Positions 18,436 to 29,749 of a stretch of DNA of 64,000 nucleotides are shown one piece after another. This stretch comes from Candidatus Omnitrophota bacterium (GTDB lineage: Bacteria; Omnitrophota; Gorgyraeia; Duberdicusellales; 4484-171), in contig JAFGQU010000007.1 in assembly GCA_016935525.1 (NCBI GenBank), forward strand, positions 9,057 to 73,056, in the 5' to 3' direction. Position numbers and translations under genes: made by a program. The notes beneath the pieces are model-generated. The model ran no database searches and was not told where the DNA came from. It was given only the letters and a program-made list of their open reading frames with translations. Position 1 is the stretch's first letter. The number at the start of each line of letters is the position of its first letter.

Positions 18436-19617
18436 ATGGATAAAAAAATACTTATTGTTTCTCCGGACGAAAACTTAAGGGAAGTGCTCAATTTCTGTTT
18501 TGACGGATGGGGGTACGAGGTATTTTTACGTAATTGGGTCCATCACGACATTAAAGCGGTCAAAAAGGTCTCTCCCGATGTGATCGTAATGGATGTCTGT
18601 GCGGCAAAAAAAGGGCAACTTGAGATGTGCCGTCTTCTTAAAGACGATTTTACGACCGCGTTTATCCCGGTAATCACTTTGATCAATAAACGGCAGTTAC
18701 GTACGCAACTTTTGACGCTTAAACACGGAGTCGATGATTACCTGATCAAACCTCCCGATCCTCTCGATCTGCGGGTGCGGGTCGAGATGGCGCTGCGTCG
18801 GGCTCAATATAGCTATTATGCCAGTGCGCTTACAGGCCTTCCCGGAGGGAGGATCATCGAGGAGGTAGTCAATGAACGGTTCGCTCATAATCAGCCGTTT
18901 TCGTTCGGATACGTCGATATAGATAATTTTAAGTATTTCAATGATGTGTACGGATACCTGAAAGGTGACCGGGTGATCATGCAGACGGCATACATGTTAT
19001 ATAACGCGCTGAAACAGCATGGGAATAAAGAAGATTTTATCGGGCATATCGGCGGGGACGATTTTGTGTTTATTACTACCCCGGATCGGTACACAAAAGT
19101 ATGTCATGGGTTCATTACTCTTTTTGACCGGGTCATCCCGTTCCATTATTCTTTACGTGACCGCCGGCGCAGTTTTATCATCGCCCGGGACCGTACTCAC
19201 AAGATCAGACGCCAATCGCTTATGAGCGTGTCGGTAGCTGTGGTCAACCGGCTGGTACCGTCGGAGATCACTCACGTGATCCAGATCAATGAACGGGTCG
19301 CCGAGATCAAACATTATCTTAAAGGATTGGAAGGGAGCCATTACATGGCTGACCGTCGCAATACCGATATTCAAAAGACAGTCGCACCGGTCGGATCGGT
19401 CAAAGAACAGATGCCGGTGCTGTATAAACCGTTGGGCCAGATACTGCTTGATAGAGAGATGATTTCTCAGGAACAATTGGATGAGGCGTTACGCCTTCAC
19501 TGGAAACGCGGATTGATCCTGGGCGAAACCCTGAAAGAGCTGGGGTTCTTAAAAGAGAAAGAGTTACAGGAAGCGCTTAAGACCCAACAGTCCGATGTCT
19601 CGCGCCGGCCGGGATAA
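18436..19617 (+). CDS. response-regulator diguanylate cyclase (REC-GGDEF) with C-terminal MshEN-like domain
   Basis: N-terminal REC; LTGLPG, DIDNFKYFNDVYG, GHIGGDDF; C-terminal PLGQILL...LDEAL / ILGETLKELGFL...LQEALKTQ. Confidence 0.85.
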   Translation: MDKKILIVSPDENLREVLNFCFDGWGYEVFLRNWVHHDIKAVKKVSPDVIVMDVCAAKKGQLEMCRLLKDDFTTAFIPVITLINKRQLRTQLLTLKHGVDDYLIKPPDPLDLRVRVEMALRRAQYSYYASALTGLPGGRIIEEVVNERFAHNQPFSFGYVDIDNFKYFNDVYGYLKGDRVIMQTAYMLYNALKQHGNKEDFIGHIGGDDFVFITTPDRYTKVCHGFITLFDRVIPFHYSLRDRRRSFIIARDRTHKIRRQSLMSVSVAVVNRLVPSEITHVIQINERVAEIKHYLKGLEGSHYMADRRNTDIQKTVAPVGSVKEQMPVLYKPLGQILLDREMISQEQLDEALRLHWKRGLILGETLKELGFLKEKELQEALKTQQSDVSRRPG

Positions 19618-19773
19618 GGTATCGCGATACTATGCTACGGGAAAAGATCACTCATCGTCAAAAAAATGTTGCCCGTTTTTTAAGAGAAAAGAAGAACAAT
19701 CTTAAATCTCAGATCGATATGAATAAACAGAAAAACCGCCGTAAAGGCAGAACGAAACAGTAGGAGGAGACGT

Positions 19774-20244
19774 ATGGAACGAGTATACCTTACTCAAGAA
19801 GGACATGACAAGATGATGCAAGAGCTTGAGTATTTAAAAAAGGTGAAAAGAAGGGAGATCTCGAGCGCGATCGGACAAGCCCGGTTGCTGGGAGATCTAA
19901 AGGAAAATGCGGAATACCATGCCGCTAAAGAAGCCGCGTCCCATAACGAAGCGCGTATTCATGAGTTAGAAGATAAACTTTCCCGCGCTGAGATCGTCCA
20001 TGAAAACGCGGTCCCTGATGACCGGGTATGTTTTGGGGTAACCGTGAAACTGAAAGATCTGGAGAGTGAGGAGGAGATCGAATATAATTTGGTAGGGAAT
20101 GAAGAAGCCGATCCTATTGCCGGCAAGATCTCGGTCAGCTCTCCGGTCGGGAAAGCCCTGCTTGGCCATAAGGTGAATGAAATCGTGACAATCGAAGTCC
20201 CGGCCGGAACATTACAATACAAAATCACCGCTATTTCCCGTTGA
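19774..20244 (+). CDS. greA: transcription elongation factor GreA
   Basis: GDLKENAEYHAAKE, ISVSSPVGKALLG; AGGAGG RBS. Confidence 0.97.
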   Translation: MERVYLTQEGHDKMMQELEYLKKVKRREISSAIGQARLLGDLKENAEYHAAKEAASHNEARIHELEDKLSRAEIVHENAVPDDRVCFGVTVKLKDLESEEEIEYNLVGNEEADPIAGKISVSSPVGKALLGHKVNEIVTIEVPAGTLQYKITAISR

Positions 20245-20271
20245 TCCCTTTTATGGGGGCGCGATTTTAGG

Positions 20272-20299
20272 TTGACAGAAATTAATAGTACGTTATAAC
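20272..20299 (+). promoter_or_regulatory. putative sigma70 promoter
   Basis: TTGACA-16-TATAAC. Confidence 0.55.
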
Positions 20300-20358
20300 G
20301 AAATTATGTGTTCCTGTCTATTTTATCGTGTATAAGATGCTTAGTGAGGAGGTATATC

Positions 20359-20754
20359 ATGCCAGAGTTTAAAGAGCTTTTCCAGAGTGCTGATTGGAAA
20401 TCAGAAAAACATGTCCCGGTGATCGTCGCGCCCAATTCGATTGCCAAAGGCGAAATGTGCGAGGTGACGGTCGGGATAGGCAAAGAAGTCGCGCATCCTA
20501 ATAAGACCGAACATCATATCGCCTGGGCTGAACTCTATTTTCACGCCGAAGGAGATAAGTTTCCTTACCAGATCGGCCGGGCCGAGTTCCGTGCGCACGG
20601 GGCATCAGCTCAAGGAGCCGATACCAGCGGGGTATATACTCACCATGAAGTGATGTTCCGGTTTAAAACCGAGAAATCCGGTATGATTTATGCGTCAAGT
20701 TATTGCAATATTCACGGATTGTGGCAGAGTCAGAAACCGTTAGCGGTTGAATAA
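20359..20754 (+). CDS. superoxide reductase-like protein (neelaredoxin / class II SORL)
   Basis: EKHVP, HPNKTEHHI, YCNIHGLW; start set at the ATG after a GAGGAGG RBS. Confidence 0.9.
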   Translation: MPEFKELFQSADWKSEKHVPVIVAPNSIAKGEMCEVTVGIGKEVAHPNKTEHHIAWAELYFHAEGDKFPYQIGRAEFRAHGASAQGADTSGVYTHHEVMFRFKTEKSGMIYASSYCNIHGLWQSQKPLAVE

Positions 20755-20771
20755 CTCCCGGTTACACAATG

Positions 20772-20852
20772 CCAGTCGCTAGTCTATAGTCTCTGGTATT
20801 TTATGAGTGAAAAGACATATACTAGCTACCAGAGACCAGAGACTAGAGACTG
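20772..20852. repeat. inverted heptamer array, TAGTC/GACTA family
   Basis: ccagtcg-ctagtct-atagtct-ctggtat ... ctaccag-agaccag-agactag-agactg. Confidence 0.8.
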
Positions 20853-20868
20853 TTAATCCATTAGAAGT

Positions 20869-21618
20869 ATGTTTGTCCGTAAACGAAAAGATACATTAGT
20901 TATCTGTCCGGTATATAACGAAAAGAATACGTTACGTAATTTTTACGAAAATGTGCGCAAATATTATGCCTCAGATGTGTTGTTTATCGATGACGGATCG
21001 ACTGATACGGGGCGTGATTATCTTACCGGGATAAGAGACTCGCATACCTTTCTCCTGCGTCATCATCTGCGTCAGGGATACGGTGCGGCGGTATTATCCG
21101 GATTTGAATTCGCCCTTACATTGAATTACGCCCGAATAGTGACTATCGATGCCGATCTTCAGCATCATCCCCGCCATATCGTACGGTTCCTGCGCGGTCT
21201 CTATGGGAAGGAAGTCGTACTGGGTTCCCGTTATTTACGGGTTTCCGGGGACGTACGGGTTCCCCGTTCTCAAGCTATGCTGAACCGTTATGTCCGCCAG
21301 TTGCTTAAGATGTTGTTTGCTCTTTCGGTAAGCGATCCGTTTTGCGCGTATCGCGGATATCGTTCTTCGTTTTTAAAGAAGGTAACCCTTGCGGAAAAAG
21401 GGTATGGATTGAGCCTGGAGATTATTCTGGAGATATTAAGGCAAGAGGTGGATTTTGAGGAGATCCCGGTTGAGGCGATTTATCCTGCGTTGCCCAGAAA
21501 CTTTTTAGAAAAACCCCAAGACTTGCGCCGCCGGATGGAGTATTACCTTGATATTATCGAAAAAAAGAGGGTCATGACGGCCTTAAAAAGGGTCCCGGTA
21601 CCTCAGAGGAAAAAGTAA
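20869..21618 (+). CDS. GT2 glycosyltransferase (Dpm1-like)
   Basis: PVYNE, IDDGSTD, GYGAA, IDADLQH, GSRY. Confidence 0.88.
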   Translation: MFVRKRKDTLVICPVYNEKNTLRNFYENVRKYYASDVLFIDDGSTDTGRDYLTGIRDSHTFLLRHHLRQGYGAAVLSGFEFALTLNYARIVTIDADLQHHPRHIVRFLRGLYGKEVVLGSRYLRVSGDVRVPRSQAMLNRYVRQLLKMLFALSVSDPFCAYRGYRSSFLKKVTLAEKGYGLSLEIILEILRQEVDFEEIPVEAIYPALPRNFLEKPQDLRRRMEYYLDIIEKKRVMTALKRVPVPQRKK

Positions 21619-21619
21619 T

Positions 21620-22807
21620 ATGCCTCGTCAAAACAAAACTACACCGCTAAACCCGAACATCAAACTTTTAGGGATAGTGAGTTTCCTTAACGATTTAAGC
21701 AGTGAAATGATCCTGCCGATATTGCCGTTATTTATCCAATCCCTGGGTGCCAGCACAATGATGGTCGGATTGATCGGGGGAGTACGGGAAAGTATTGCCA
21801 GTATCCTGAAGGTATTCTCGGGATATATTTCCGATCGCAGCGGTAATCGTAAATCTTTGGTATTAGGCGGGTATTTTTCTTCATCGGTTTTTAAATTCGC
21901 CTTAGGGTTGTCAAAGGTATGGCCGCAGGTGTTGATCTTTTCCGGGTTAGAACGTGTCGGCAAAGGACTTCGTACCGCTCCACGGGATGCGATCATCGCC
22001 GAATCTTCAGGGAAAAGTAAGGGCCGGGGATTCGGAGTACACCGGATGTTCGATACCGCCGGTGCCGTGTTAGGATCGACGGTGGTATTGTTTCTGTATT
22101 GGCAGTTGCACCTTAATTTTCGTCATATCATCCTTCTTGCCGCGTTCATATCTTTTCTTTCGCTTATCCCTCTTTATAGGGTCAAGAGCGAAAAAGGTTT
22201 TCCCAAAAAGACTTCGTTCGCGTTCAATATCCGATCGTTGAGTAGACCGTTATGGGCGTTTCTGGTCGTTTCCGGGACGTTTGCTCTGGCTAATTTCAGT
22301 TATATGTTTTTTATCTTACGTCTTAAACAGAGTTTTCCCGGCCACTGGTCGACGGTCGCTCCTTTGATCCTTTATATTTTTTTCAATATTTTTTATGCGG
22401 CAGGTTCGGTCCCGTTCGGAATGCTTTCCGATAAGATCGGACGTAAACGGGTCCTGCTTTTAGGGTATGCTCTTTTCGGAATAATCTGTTTCGGTTTTGC
22501 CATGTATGATTCTCTTATCCTTTCTACCGTGCTGTTTATCCTTTACGGAGTGATGAACGCGATCATCGATGCGAATCAAAGGGCCTATGTGTCCGATCTG
22601 GCTTTATCCGATATCCGGGCAACGGCATTAGGCGCCTTCCATAGTACGACCGGAATATTGGCTCTTCCGGCTTCGCTGTGTGCCGGTTTTTTCTGGCAGC
22701 AGTTTTCCTCGCACATGACGTTTTTGTACGGGGGACTTCTCACGTTATGTTCGTTGGGATTTTTTGTGTTGTTCTGGAAGGTGTTACCGGATAAAAAAGC
22801 CGTATAA
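21620..22807 (+). CDS. MFS transporter
   Basis: about 12 TM segments; GYISDRSGNRK, GMLSDKIGRKR, GKGLRTAPRDA. Confidence 0.9.
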   Translation: MPRQNKTTPLNPNIKLLGIVSFLNDLSSEMILPILPLFIQSLGASTMMVGLIGGVRESIASILKVFSGYISDRSGNRKSLVLGGYFSSSVFKFALGLSKVWPQVLIFSGLERVGKGLRTAPRDAIIAESSGKSKGRGFGVHRMFDTAGAVLGSTVVLFLYWQLHLNFRHIILLAAFISFLSLIPLYRVKSEKGFPKKTSFAFNIRSLSRPLWAFLVVSGTFALANFSYMFFILRLKQSFPGHWSTVAPLILYIFFNIFYAAGSVPFGMLSDKIGRKRVLLLGYALFGIICFGFAMYDSLILSTVLFILYGVMNAIIDANQRAYVSDLALSDIRATALGAFHSTTGILALPASLCAGFFWQQFSSHMTFLYGGLLTLCSLGFFVLFWKVLPDKKAV

Positions 22808-22838
22808 TCCGGTTTTTAATGTCCTGCGATTTTTTCGG

Positions 22839-22866
22839 TTGCAAATGCCCGCCATGTTGTTATAAT
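22839..22866 (+). promoter_or_regulatory. putative promoter of the gap-pgk-tpiA operon
   Basis: TTGCAA-16-TATAAT with extended TGn; implies a structured 5' UTR of about 220 nt. Confidence 0.6.
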
Positions 22867-22931
22867 ACACCTTCGAATGAGACTTAGATTCACACGACCG
22901 CCAGGGAAGTGTGAATCTGTAGTCGAATTCG

Positions 22932-24103
<1,172 letters not shown>

Positions 24104-24198
24104 TAGGGTATAGGGTGGCGGGTATCGGGTGCCGTAAAGATCATATATTCTTAAATCGCTTTTCTTCACGATACCCTAAACCCGGAACCCTGCACTCT
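24104..24198. repeat. inverted heptamer array, GGGT/ACCC family
   Basis: tagggta-tagggtg-gcgggta-tcgggtg ... taccctaaacccggaaccctgcactc. Confidence 0.7.
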
Positions 24199-24225
24199 CA
24201 ATATAATAAGTTGAAAGGTTAGAAT

Positions 24226-25413
24226 ATGAATAAGGTCACGGTAAAAGATCTTGATATAAAAAATAAAAAGGTAATCATGCGGGTCGATTATAACGTCCCG
24301 CTTAACGATAGCCTTGTCATTACCGACGATGCCCGGATCCGGGCAAGTATGGAGACGATCCAGTATATCCTTTCCGCCGGCGCGCAAAAAGTCATCCTGA
24401 TGAGCCATCTGGGCCGGCCAAAGGGAAAAGTAGTCGAGACCATGAGGATGAACCCGGTTGCCGTAAGACTTTCCGAGATTTTGGGTGAACCGGTGAAGAA
24501 ACTCGACGATTGTATCGGGGATAAAGCGAAGGAAGAGATCAAAAACGCATCAGAACGGGTTATTCTTCTTGAGAACGTGAGGTTTTACTCCCAGGAAGAA
24601 AAGGGCGATAAAGAGTTCGCAAAGAGCCTTGCCGATTTAGCCGATATATATGTGAATGACGCCTTCGGCACCGCGCATCGTGCCCATGCTTCGACTACGA
24701 TCATCGCTCAGTTTTTACCCTCCGGCGCAGGGTTCCTTATCGAAAAAGAGATCCGGTATCTTTCCCAGGCGCTTAATCCTGAGAAACCGTATATCGTTAT
24801 TCTGGGCGGAGCGAAAGTTTCCGATAAGATCGCGGTGGTGGAAAATCTGATCGAAAAAGCCGACGTCATCCTTATCGGCGGAGCTATGGCGTATACGTTT
24901 CTTAAAAGCCAGGGGCATGATATCGGTTCTTCCCGGGTAGAAGAAGATAAACTTGACCTGGCAAAGTCTATTTTAGAGAAAGCAATTGCGAAAAACGTCA
25001 GGATCGTGTTGCCCGTTGACCATCTTATCGTCGATGCGATCGATCACCCTCACAGTAAGAAAACGACCGCCGACGTGAATATCTCGAAAGGGTGCCTCGG
25101 AGTAGATGTCGGGCCTAAAACGATCGCTCTTTTTAAAGAAGAATTACGCAAAGCGAAAACCGTGCTATGGAACGGGCCGTTAGGCATTTTCGAAACAGCC
25201 GATTACGCGCAAGGGACACAAGAGATCGCTTTGACTCTTGCGGATTTAAAGGGCGCGACGGTCATCGTCGGCGGAGGAGATAGCGCGGCGGCGGCAAGCC
25301 TGTTCGGGGTGAAAGATTCTCTCTCGCACGTTTCTACCGGCGGCGGGGCGTCACTTGAATTTTTAGAAGGGAAAGAGTTGCCGGGAATCGCGGCAATACC
25401 GGATAAAAAGTAA
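24226..25413 (+). CDS. pgk: phosphoglycerate kinase
   Basis: [41 protein letters not shown]. Confidence 0.98.
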   Translation: MNKVTVKDLDIKNKKVIMRVDYNVPLNDSLVITDDARIRASMETIQYILSAGAQKVILMSHLGRPKGKVVETMRMNPVAVRLSEILGEPVKKLDDCIGDKAKEEIKNASERVILLENVRFYSQEEKGDKEFAKSLADLADIYVNDAFGTAHRAHASTTIIAQFLPSGAGFLIEKEIRYLSQALNPEKPYIVILGGAKVSDKIAVVENLIEKADVILIGGAMAYTFLKSQGHDIGSSRVEEDKLDLAKSILEKAIAKNVRIVLPVDHLIVDAIDHPHSKKTTADVNISKGCLGVDVGPKTIALFKEELRKAKTVLWNGPLGIFETADYAQGTQEIALTLADLKGATVIVGGGDSAAAASLFGVKDSLSHVSTGGGASLEFLEGKELPGIAAIPDKK

Positions 25414-25427
25414 TATGTGTTCTTTTA

Positions 25428-25560
25428 AAATCCGAAATCCTAAATCCGAAGCACGAAACAAGCACGAATACCCAAAATCCTAATGACCAAAACGGAAATC
25501 CGTTTGGAACATTTGAATTTCGAATTTGTTTCGAATTTCGAATTTCGATATTCGGGCTTT
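25428..25560. repeat. inverted heptamer array, AAATCCG/TTCGAATT family
   Basis: aaatccg-aaatcct-aaatccg-aagcacg ... ttcgaatttcgaatttcgatattcgg; central ccaaaacgg/ccgtttgg stem. Confidence 0.8.
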
Positions 25561-25579
25561 TAACCGAAGGAGAAAAGAT

Positions 25580-26356
25580 ATGGCTCGTAAACCTTTTATC
25601 GCAGGAAACTGGAAGATGTATAAGACTACAAACGAAGCGGTAGAGCTGGCCGGCAGTCTGGTAAAAGAAATAGGTAAATTCGTGCATGCCGATATCGCTC
25701 TCTGTCCGACCTATACCGTTCTCAACGATGTATATAAAACGATTGAAAATTCGGTGATTACGTTAGGCGCTCAGAACGTGTACTGGGAATCCGAAGGGGC
25801 TTATACCGGAGAAATATCTCCGATCATGGTAAAAGATACCGGTGCGGAATACGTCATTATCGGGCATTCGGAACGAAGAAAATATTTTTCTGAAACCGAT
25901 TCGACCGTCAACAAAAAGGTAAAAGCCGTACTGGCCATAGGCCTTACTCCGATCATCTGTATCGGCGAGACGTTAGAAGAACGAGAACAGAACAAGACCA
26001 TGGATGTGATCAAAACCCAGCTTGAAGGAGGGTTAGAAGGGTTTGCCGCGTTAGACGTATTGAACAGCGTGATCGCCTATGAACCGATCTGGGCTATCGG
26101 TACCGGGAAGACCGCGACTCCCGAGCAGGCCGAAGAAGTGCATGCGTTTATCCGTACATGGTTAGAAGAAAAATATACCAGTTCGACTTCCGATCAGATA
26201 AGGATCCTTTATGGCGGCAGCGTGAAACCGGAGAATATCCGGGAGTTAATGCAGAAAGAGAATATTGACGGGGCCTTGGTCGGCGGCGCCTCGCTGAAAA
26301 AAGATAGTTTTGTAAGTATTGTCAAAAACGCCGTAAGTGATACAATCAAAACGTAG
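25580..26356 (+). CDS. tpiA: triosephosphate isomerase
   Basis: AGNWKM, GHSERR, AYEPIWAIGTG, LVGGASL; start after AAGGAG (the ORF-track start lies inside a repeat). Confidence 0.97.
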   Translation: MARKPFIAGNWKMYKTTNEAVELAGSLVKEIGKFVHADIALCPTYTVLNDVYKTIENSVITLGAQNVYWESEGAYTGEISPIMVKDTGAEYVIIGHSERRKYFSETDSTVNKKVKAVLAIGLTPIICIGETLEEREQNKTMDVIKTQLEGGLEGFAALDVLNSVIAYEPIWAIGTGKTATPEQAEEVHAFIRTWLEEKYTSSTSDQIRILYGGSVKPENIRELMQKENIDGALVGGASLKKDSFVSIVKNAVSDTIKT

Positions 26357-26376
26357 TACGAAGAGAGAGATACAAG

Positions 26377-26427
26377 AAATTCCAAATCCCAAGTTCCAAT
26401 AACCAAAACGGATTTCGTTTGGAATTT
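26377..26427. repeat. short copy of the AAATCC-family inverted array
   Basis: aaattccaaatcccaagttccaataaccaaaacggatttcgtttggaattt; same ccaaaacg core as 25428-25560. Confidence 0.7.
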
Positions 26428-26449
26428 AATATAAGAATGAAAGAGAAAT

Positions 26450-26734
26450 ATGTATAATCTGGTTTTAAGTTTCCATGTGTTGATAGTTGCGTCATTGGTG
26501 ACGATTATTCTTATCCAGCGCGGACGTTCGGGCGGACTGGTCGAGGCTTTGGGGGGAGTAGAATCTATTTTTGGCACCAAGACCAGCGCTTTTTTAGTAA
26601 AGGTTACCGTTGCTCTGGTTATTTTTTTCTTTCTGACCTCGATCTCGTTAGCCTATCTTTCCAAACAACGCAGTAAATCTTTGATTGAAAGGATGAATGT
26701 ACCCAGTCAATCGCAACAGTCTGAATCCGAATGA
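26450..26734 (+). CDS. secG: preprotein translocase subunit SecG
   Basis: two TM helices, LIQRGRSGGL...FG; conserved position after tpiA. Confidence 0.9.
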   Translation: MYNLVLSFHVLIVASLVTIILIQRGRSGGLVEALGGVESIFGTKTSAFLVKVTVALVIFFFLTSISLAYLSKQRSKSLIERMNVPSQSQQSESE

Positions 26735-26738
26735 TGCG

Positions 26739-28523
26739 ATGCATAAAGGGCGCAAGGTCTTTTCAGCCCCAACCCGATTCCCGCCGATAGCCTATTCCCT
26801 TTTCACGTGGACACTATTTTTTGGTTTTTGTGCAGGTACGGTCTCCGGTTTCTGCGCGGTATGGGAAGAACCGCTTAAAGAGTATACCTTTATGTGCGGG
26901 ACTTCCGGCGGCCGGCTTATCCTTTCTTCGACGAATGACCCGAAATCGTTTAATCCTATCGTCGCCAAAGAGACTTCTACCACCCAGATCACCGGCCTGC
27001 TGTTTGAAGGGTTAGTTACCCGTGATCCGTTAACTCTGGAGATCCTGCCGCGATTGGCCCAAAAGTGGAAGACCGCCGACGGTAAAGTATGGACGTTTTC
27101 CTTACGCCGGGGCGTGAAATGGTCTGACGGTAAAGAATTCACTGCCGATGACGTGGTGTTTACCTTTAACGACCTTATTTATAATCCGGATATTCCGACC
27201 TCAAGCCGGGATATCTTTACGATCGAAGGAGAAAAAATCGTCGTGGAGAAAGTCGATACCTATACTGTACGGTTTAGACTTCCTTCGGTTTTTGCTCCGT
27301 TTCTCGAATCGCTTGCCCATGAAATATTGCCCGAACATATCTATGGCCCGATGGTCACCTCCGGTACGTTTACCTTTAGTATGGGCTTGGACAGTAACCC
27401 TTCGGGTATCGTGGGCTGCGGTCCGTTCCGTTTAAAAAAATATCTTCCCGGAGAGCGGGTCGTATTAGAACGGAACCCCTTTTACTGGCGCAAAGATTCC
27501 TGCGGGCGGAGCCTGCCTTATCTGGATGAGATCATATTTGTAGTATTGGCTAATCAGGATCGGGCATTGCTTAAATTCATGGAATCAGAAATCGATTACT
27601 ACAGCTTGCGTCCCCAGGATATCGCTATACTGGGGAAGATGAAGACCGAGGGCGATTTTACGATCTATAATACCGGCACCTCGTTCACGTCGGATTTTGT
27701 AGTGTTAAACCAGAATCCCGGTACTCATCCGCATACTCAAAAACCGTTCGTCCTGCCGTATAAGTTGAAATGGTTTCAGAACGTGAATTTCCGCAAAAGC
27801 ATCTCTTACGCGATCAACCGTAAAAAGATCATTGATGTGGTATTCCAGGGGCTGGCCGGTCCGCGTTATTCCTGCGTGAGCCCGGCCAATACGCTTTTTT
27901 ATAATCCGGAGATTACTCAATATCCTTATGATCCTCAGAAGGCCCGGCGCCTGCTCGGTGAGATGGGGTTTGCCGACCGCGATCAAGACGGGATATTAGA
28001 GGACCAAGAAGGACATACATTGGAGATGACTTTTTTCACCAATAACGACAGTACCGAACGTATCCAGATCGCGACCTTGATCAAGAAAGACCTGGAAGAT
28101 ATCGGGATGAGGATATACTTCCTCCCCCTGAATTTTAATAACCTGGTGACTAAACTTATATCCAGTTTTGACTGGGAAATGATCCTTATCGGACTCACCG
28201 GCGGAATCGAACCGCATTTTGGTAAAAACGTCTGGTCATATACCGGCGTGCTCCATATGTGGAACCCGACCAAGACCGCGGTGTATGAATGGGAAAAAGA
28301 GATCGAAGATATATTTAATCAGGGCGTGAGGATATTAGACCACACCCGGCGTAAAAAATTGTATGACCGTTGGCAAAAAATAGTTTCCGAAGAACTCCCG
28401 GTTATGTATACCGTAACCGGAGAATCTATTTTCGCGGTAAAGAACCGGTTGGGGAACGTATATCCTACGGTACTGGGCGGAGCCTTTCCGGAAATAGAAA
28501 GAGTTTTTATAAGGGAAGAGTAG
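26739..28523 (+). CDS. oligopeptide/dipeptide ABC transporter substrate-binding protein
   Basis: DPKSFNP, WSDGKEFTADDVVFT, GCGPFRL; start uncertain (26697 or 26739). Confidence 0.88.
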   Translation: MHKGRKVFSAPTRFPPIAYSLFTWTLFFGFCAGTVSGFCAVWEEPLKEYTFMCGTSGGRLILSSTNDPKSFNPIVAKETSTTQITGLLFEGLVTRDPLTLEILPRLAQKWKTADGKVWTFSLRRGVKWSDGKEFTADDVVFTFNDLIYNPDIPTSSRDIFTIEGEKIVVEKVDTYTVRFRLPSVFAPFLESLAHEILPEHIYGPMVTSGTFTFSMGLDSNPSGIVGCGPFRLKKYLPGERVVLERNPFYWRKDSCGRSLPYLDEIIFVVLANQDRALLKFMESEIDYYSLRPQDIAILGKMKTEGDFTIYNTGTSFTSDFVVLNQNPGTHPHTQKPFVLPYKLKWFQNVNFRKSISYAINRKKIIDVVFQGLAGPRYSCVSPANTLFYNPEITQYPYDPQKARRLLGEMGFADRDQDGILEDQEGHTLEMTFFTNNDSTERIQIATLIKKDLEDIGMRIYFLPLNFNNLVTKLISSFDWEMILIGLTGGIEPHFGKNVWSYTGVLHMWNPTKTAVYEWEKEIEDIFNQGVRILDHTRRKKLYDRWQKIVSEELPVMYTVTGESIFAVKNRLGNVYPTVLGGAFPEIERVFIREE

Positions 28524-28528
28524 TTGAA

Positions 28529-28630
28529 AATTAGCAATGTTCAATTAGCAATTATCATTTAGCAATGAAGAGTGGAATAAGGTGTTTTAAATTGCTAATT
28601 GTTAAATGCTAAATGATCAATTTGCATTTT
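28529..28630. repeat. inverted heptamer array, TTAGCAA/TTGCTAA family, copy 2
   Basis: aattagcaatgttcaattagcaattatcatttagcaatg ... aattgctaattgttaaatgctaaatg. Confidence 0.8.
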
Positions 28631-28638
28631 TAGGAATT

Positions 28639-29613
28639 ATGGTACGGTTTATCATAAAAAGGCTGTTGATCACCATCCCGCTTTTGTTCGGGATGACTTT
28701 TGTTACGTTTCTTTTTATTCAGCTTGCCCCGGGAGATTTTCTGGATACGTTGCGGATGAATCCTCAGGTATCGCAAGAGGTGATCGACCTTTATAAAGCA
28801 AAGTTCCATTTAGACCAACCGTTGATAATCCAGTATTTCGTATGGTTTAAAAACCTGCTGCGTCTGGATTGGGGATATTCGTTTGCTTACAAAGCTCCGG
28901 TAATGAAAGTTATCGCGTCGCGCGCGTTTAATACGCTTTTGCTTTCACTCGCGGCGATCGTGGTTACCTGGGTCTTGGTGATTCCGCTGGGAGTGATCGC
29001 CTGCCTGCATCGTAACCGTTGGCCGGACCGATTGATCTCGTTTTTATCGTATTTCGGGATCTCTACGCCTACTTTTTTTCTGGCTTTTATACTCCTTTAT
29101 CTGGCGACTTTTACCGGCTGGTTGCCGCTTGGAGGGATGCGTTCGTTACGGTTCGATGAATTGACTCCGGTCGCAAAGTTTTTCGATATTGCCCGGCATC
29201 TGATCATTCCGACGGTCGTATTGTCGGTAGGAAGCATCGCATCTTTACAACGGATAATGCGGGCAAACCTTCTGGAAGTATTGGGGTCCTCCTATATCCT
29301 TGCGGCAAAGTCGCGGGGGATATATCCTAAACGGATCCTTTATATCCATGCGTTAAAAAACGCGCTCAACCCGATGATCACTATCTTCGGGTATCAGTTC
29401 TCATCGCTTTTAAGCGGCGCCGCGCTCACCGAGATCATTTGCGGTTGGCCGGGGTTAGGTTCGGTTTTTTTACAGGCGGTATTTAACCAGGACCTCTATT
29501 TGATCATGGGCGCGGTACTTATCGGCGGATTACTTTTGATCCTCGGGAACCTCGTTGCGGATATCCTTTTAGGCGTATTCGACCCGCGGATCAGGTATGA
29601 GAAGGGATTCTAA
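28639..29613 (+). CDS. peptide ABC transporter permease (OppB/DppB-like)
   Basis: LAPGD, YILAAKSRG, HALKNAL, GWPGLG, DPRIRY. Confidence 0.9.
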   Translation: MVRFIIKRLLITIPLLFGMTFVTFLFIQLAPGDFLDTLRMNPQVSQEVIDLYKAKFHLDQPLIIQYFVWFKNLLRLDWGYSFAYKAPVMKVIASRAFNTLLLSLAAIVVTWVLVIPLGVIACLHRNRWPDRLISFLSYFGISTPTFFLAFILLYLATFTGWLPLGGMRSLRFDELTPVAKFFDIARHLIIPTVVLSVGSIASLQRIMRANLLEVLGSSYILAAKSRGIYPKRILYIHALKNALNPMITIFGYQFSSLLSGAALTEIICGWPGLGSVFLQAVFNQDLYLIMGAVLIGGLLLILGNLVADILLGVFDPRIRYEKGF

Positions 29614-29615
29614 AA

Positions 29616-29741
29616 GGTCACAAAGTCACACGACATAAGGTCACACGTGAAGAAGAAATACGTGTGACGTGTGTTGTGCAACGTGTGACCGCCTGCAACG
29701 CAGGCGTTCGTGTGACTATGTGTCTATGTGACCTTGTGACT
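29616..29741. repeat. inverted short-repeat array, GTCACA/TGTGAC family, with nested mini-hairpin
   Basis: ggtcacaaagtcacacgacataaggtcacacg ... gtgtgac... [cgcctgcaacgcaggcg] ...tgtgacc. Confidence 0.85.
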
Positions 29742-29749
29742 TAAATGGT

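Noticed and set aside
19632-19682. 16-codon ORF MLREKITHRQKNVARF upstream of greA as a leader peptide
   Set aside because: No convincing RBS or attenuator structure
25526-25579. N-terminal extensions of TpiA (also Alr 60459-60512 and OppB 28606-28638)
   Set aside because: They are translations of heptamer arrays; the conserved protein starts lie downstream
26734-26800. tRNA-Leu often found after secG
   Set aside because: No cloverleaf or T-loop motif; the ABC substrate-binding gene follows directly
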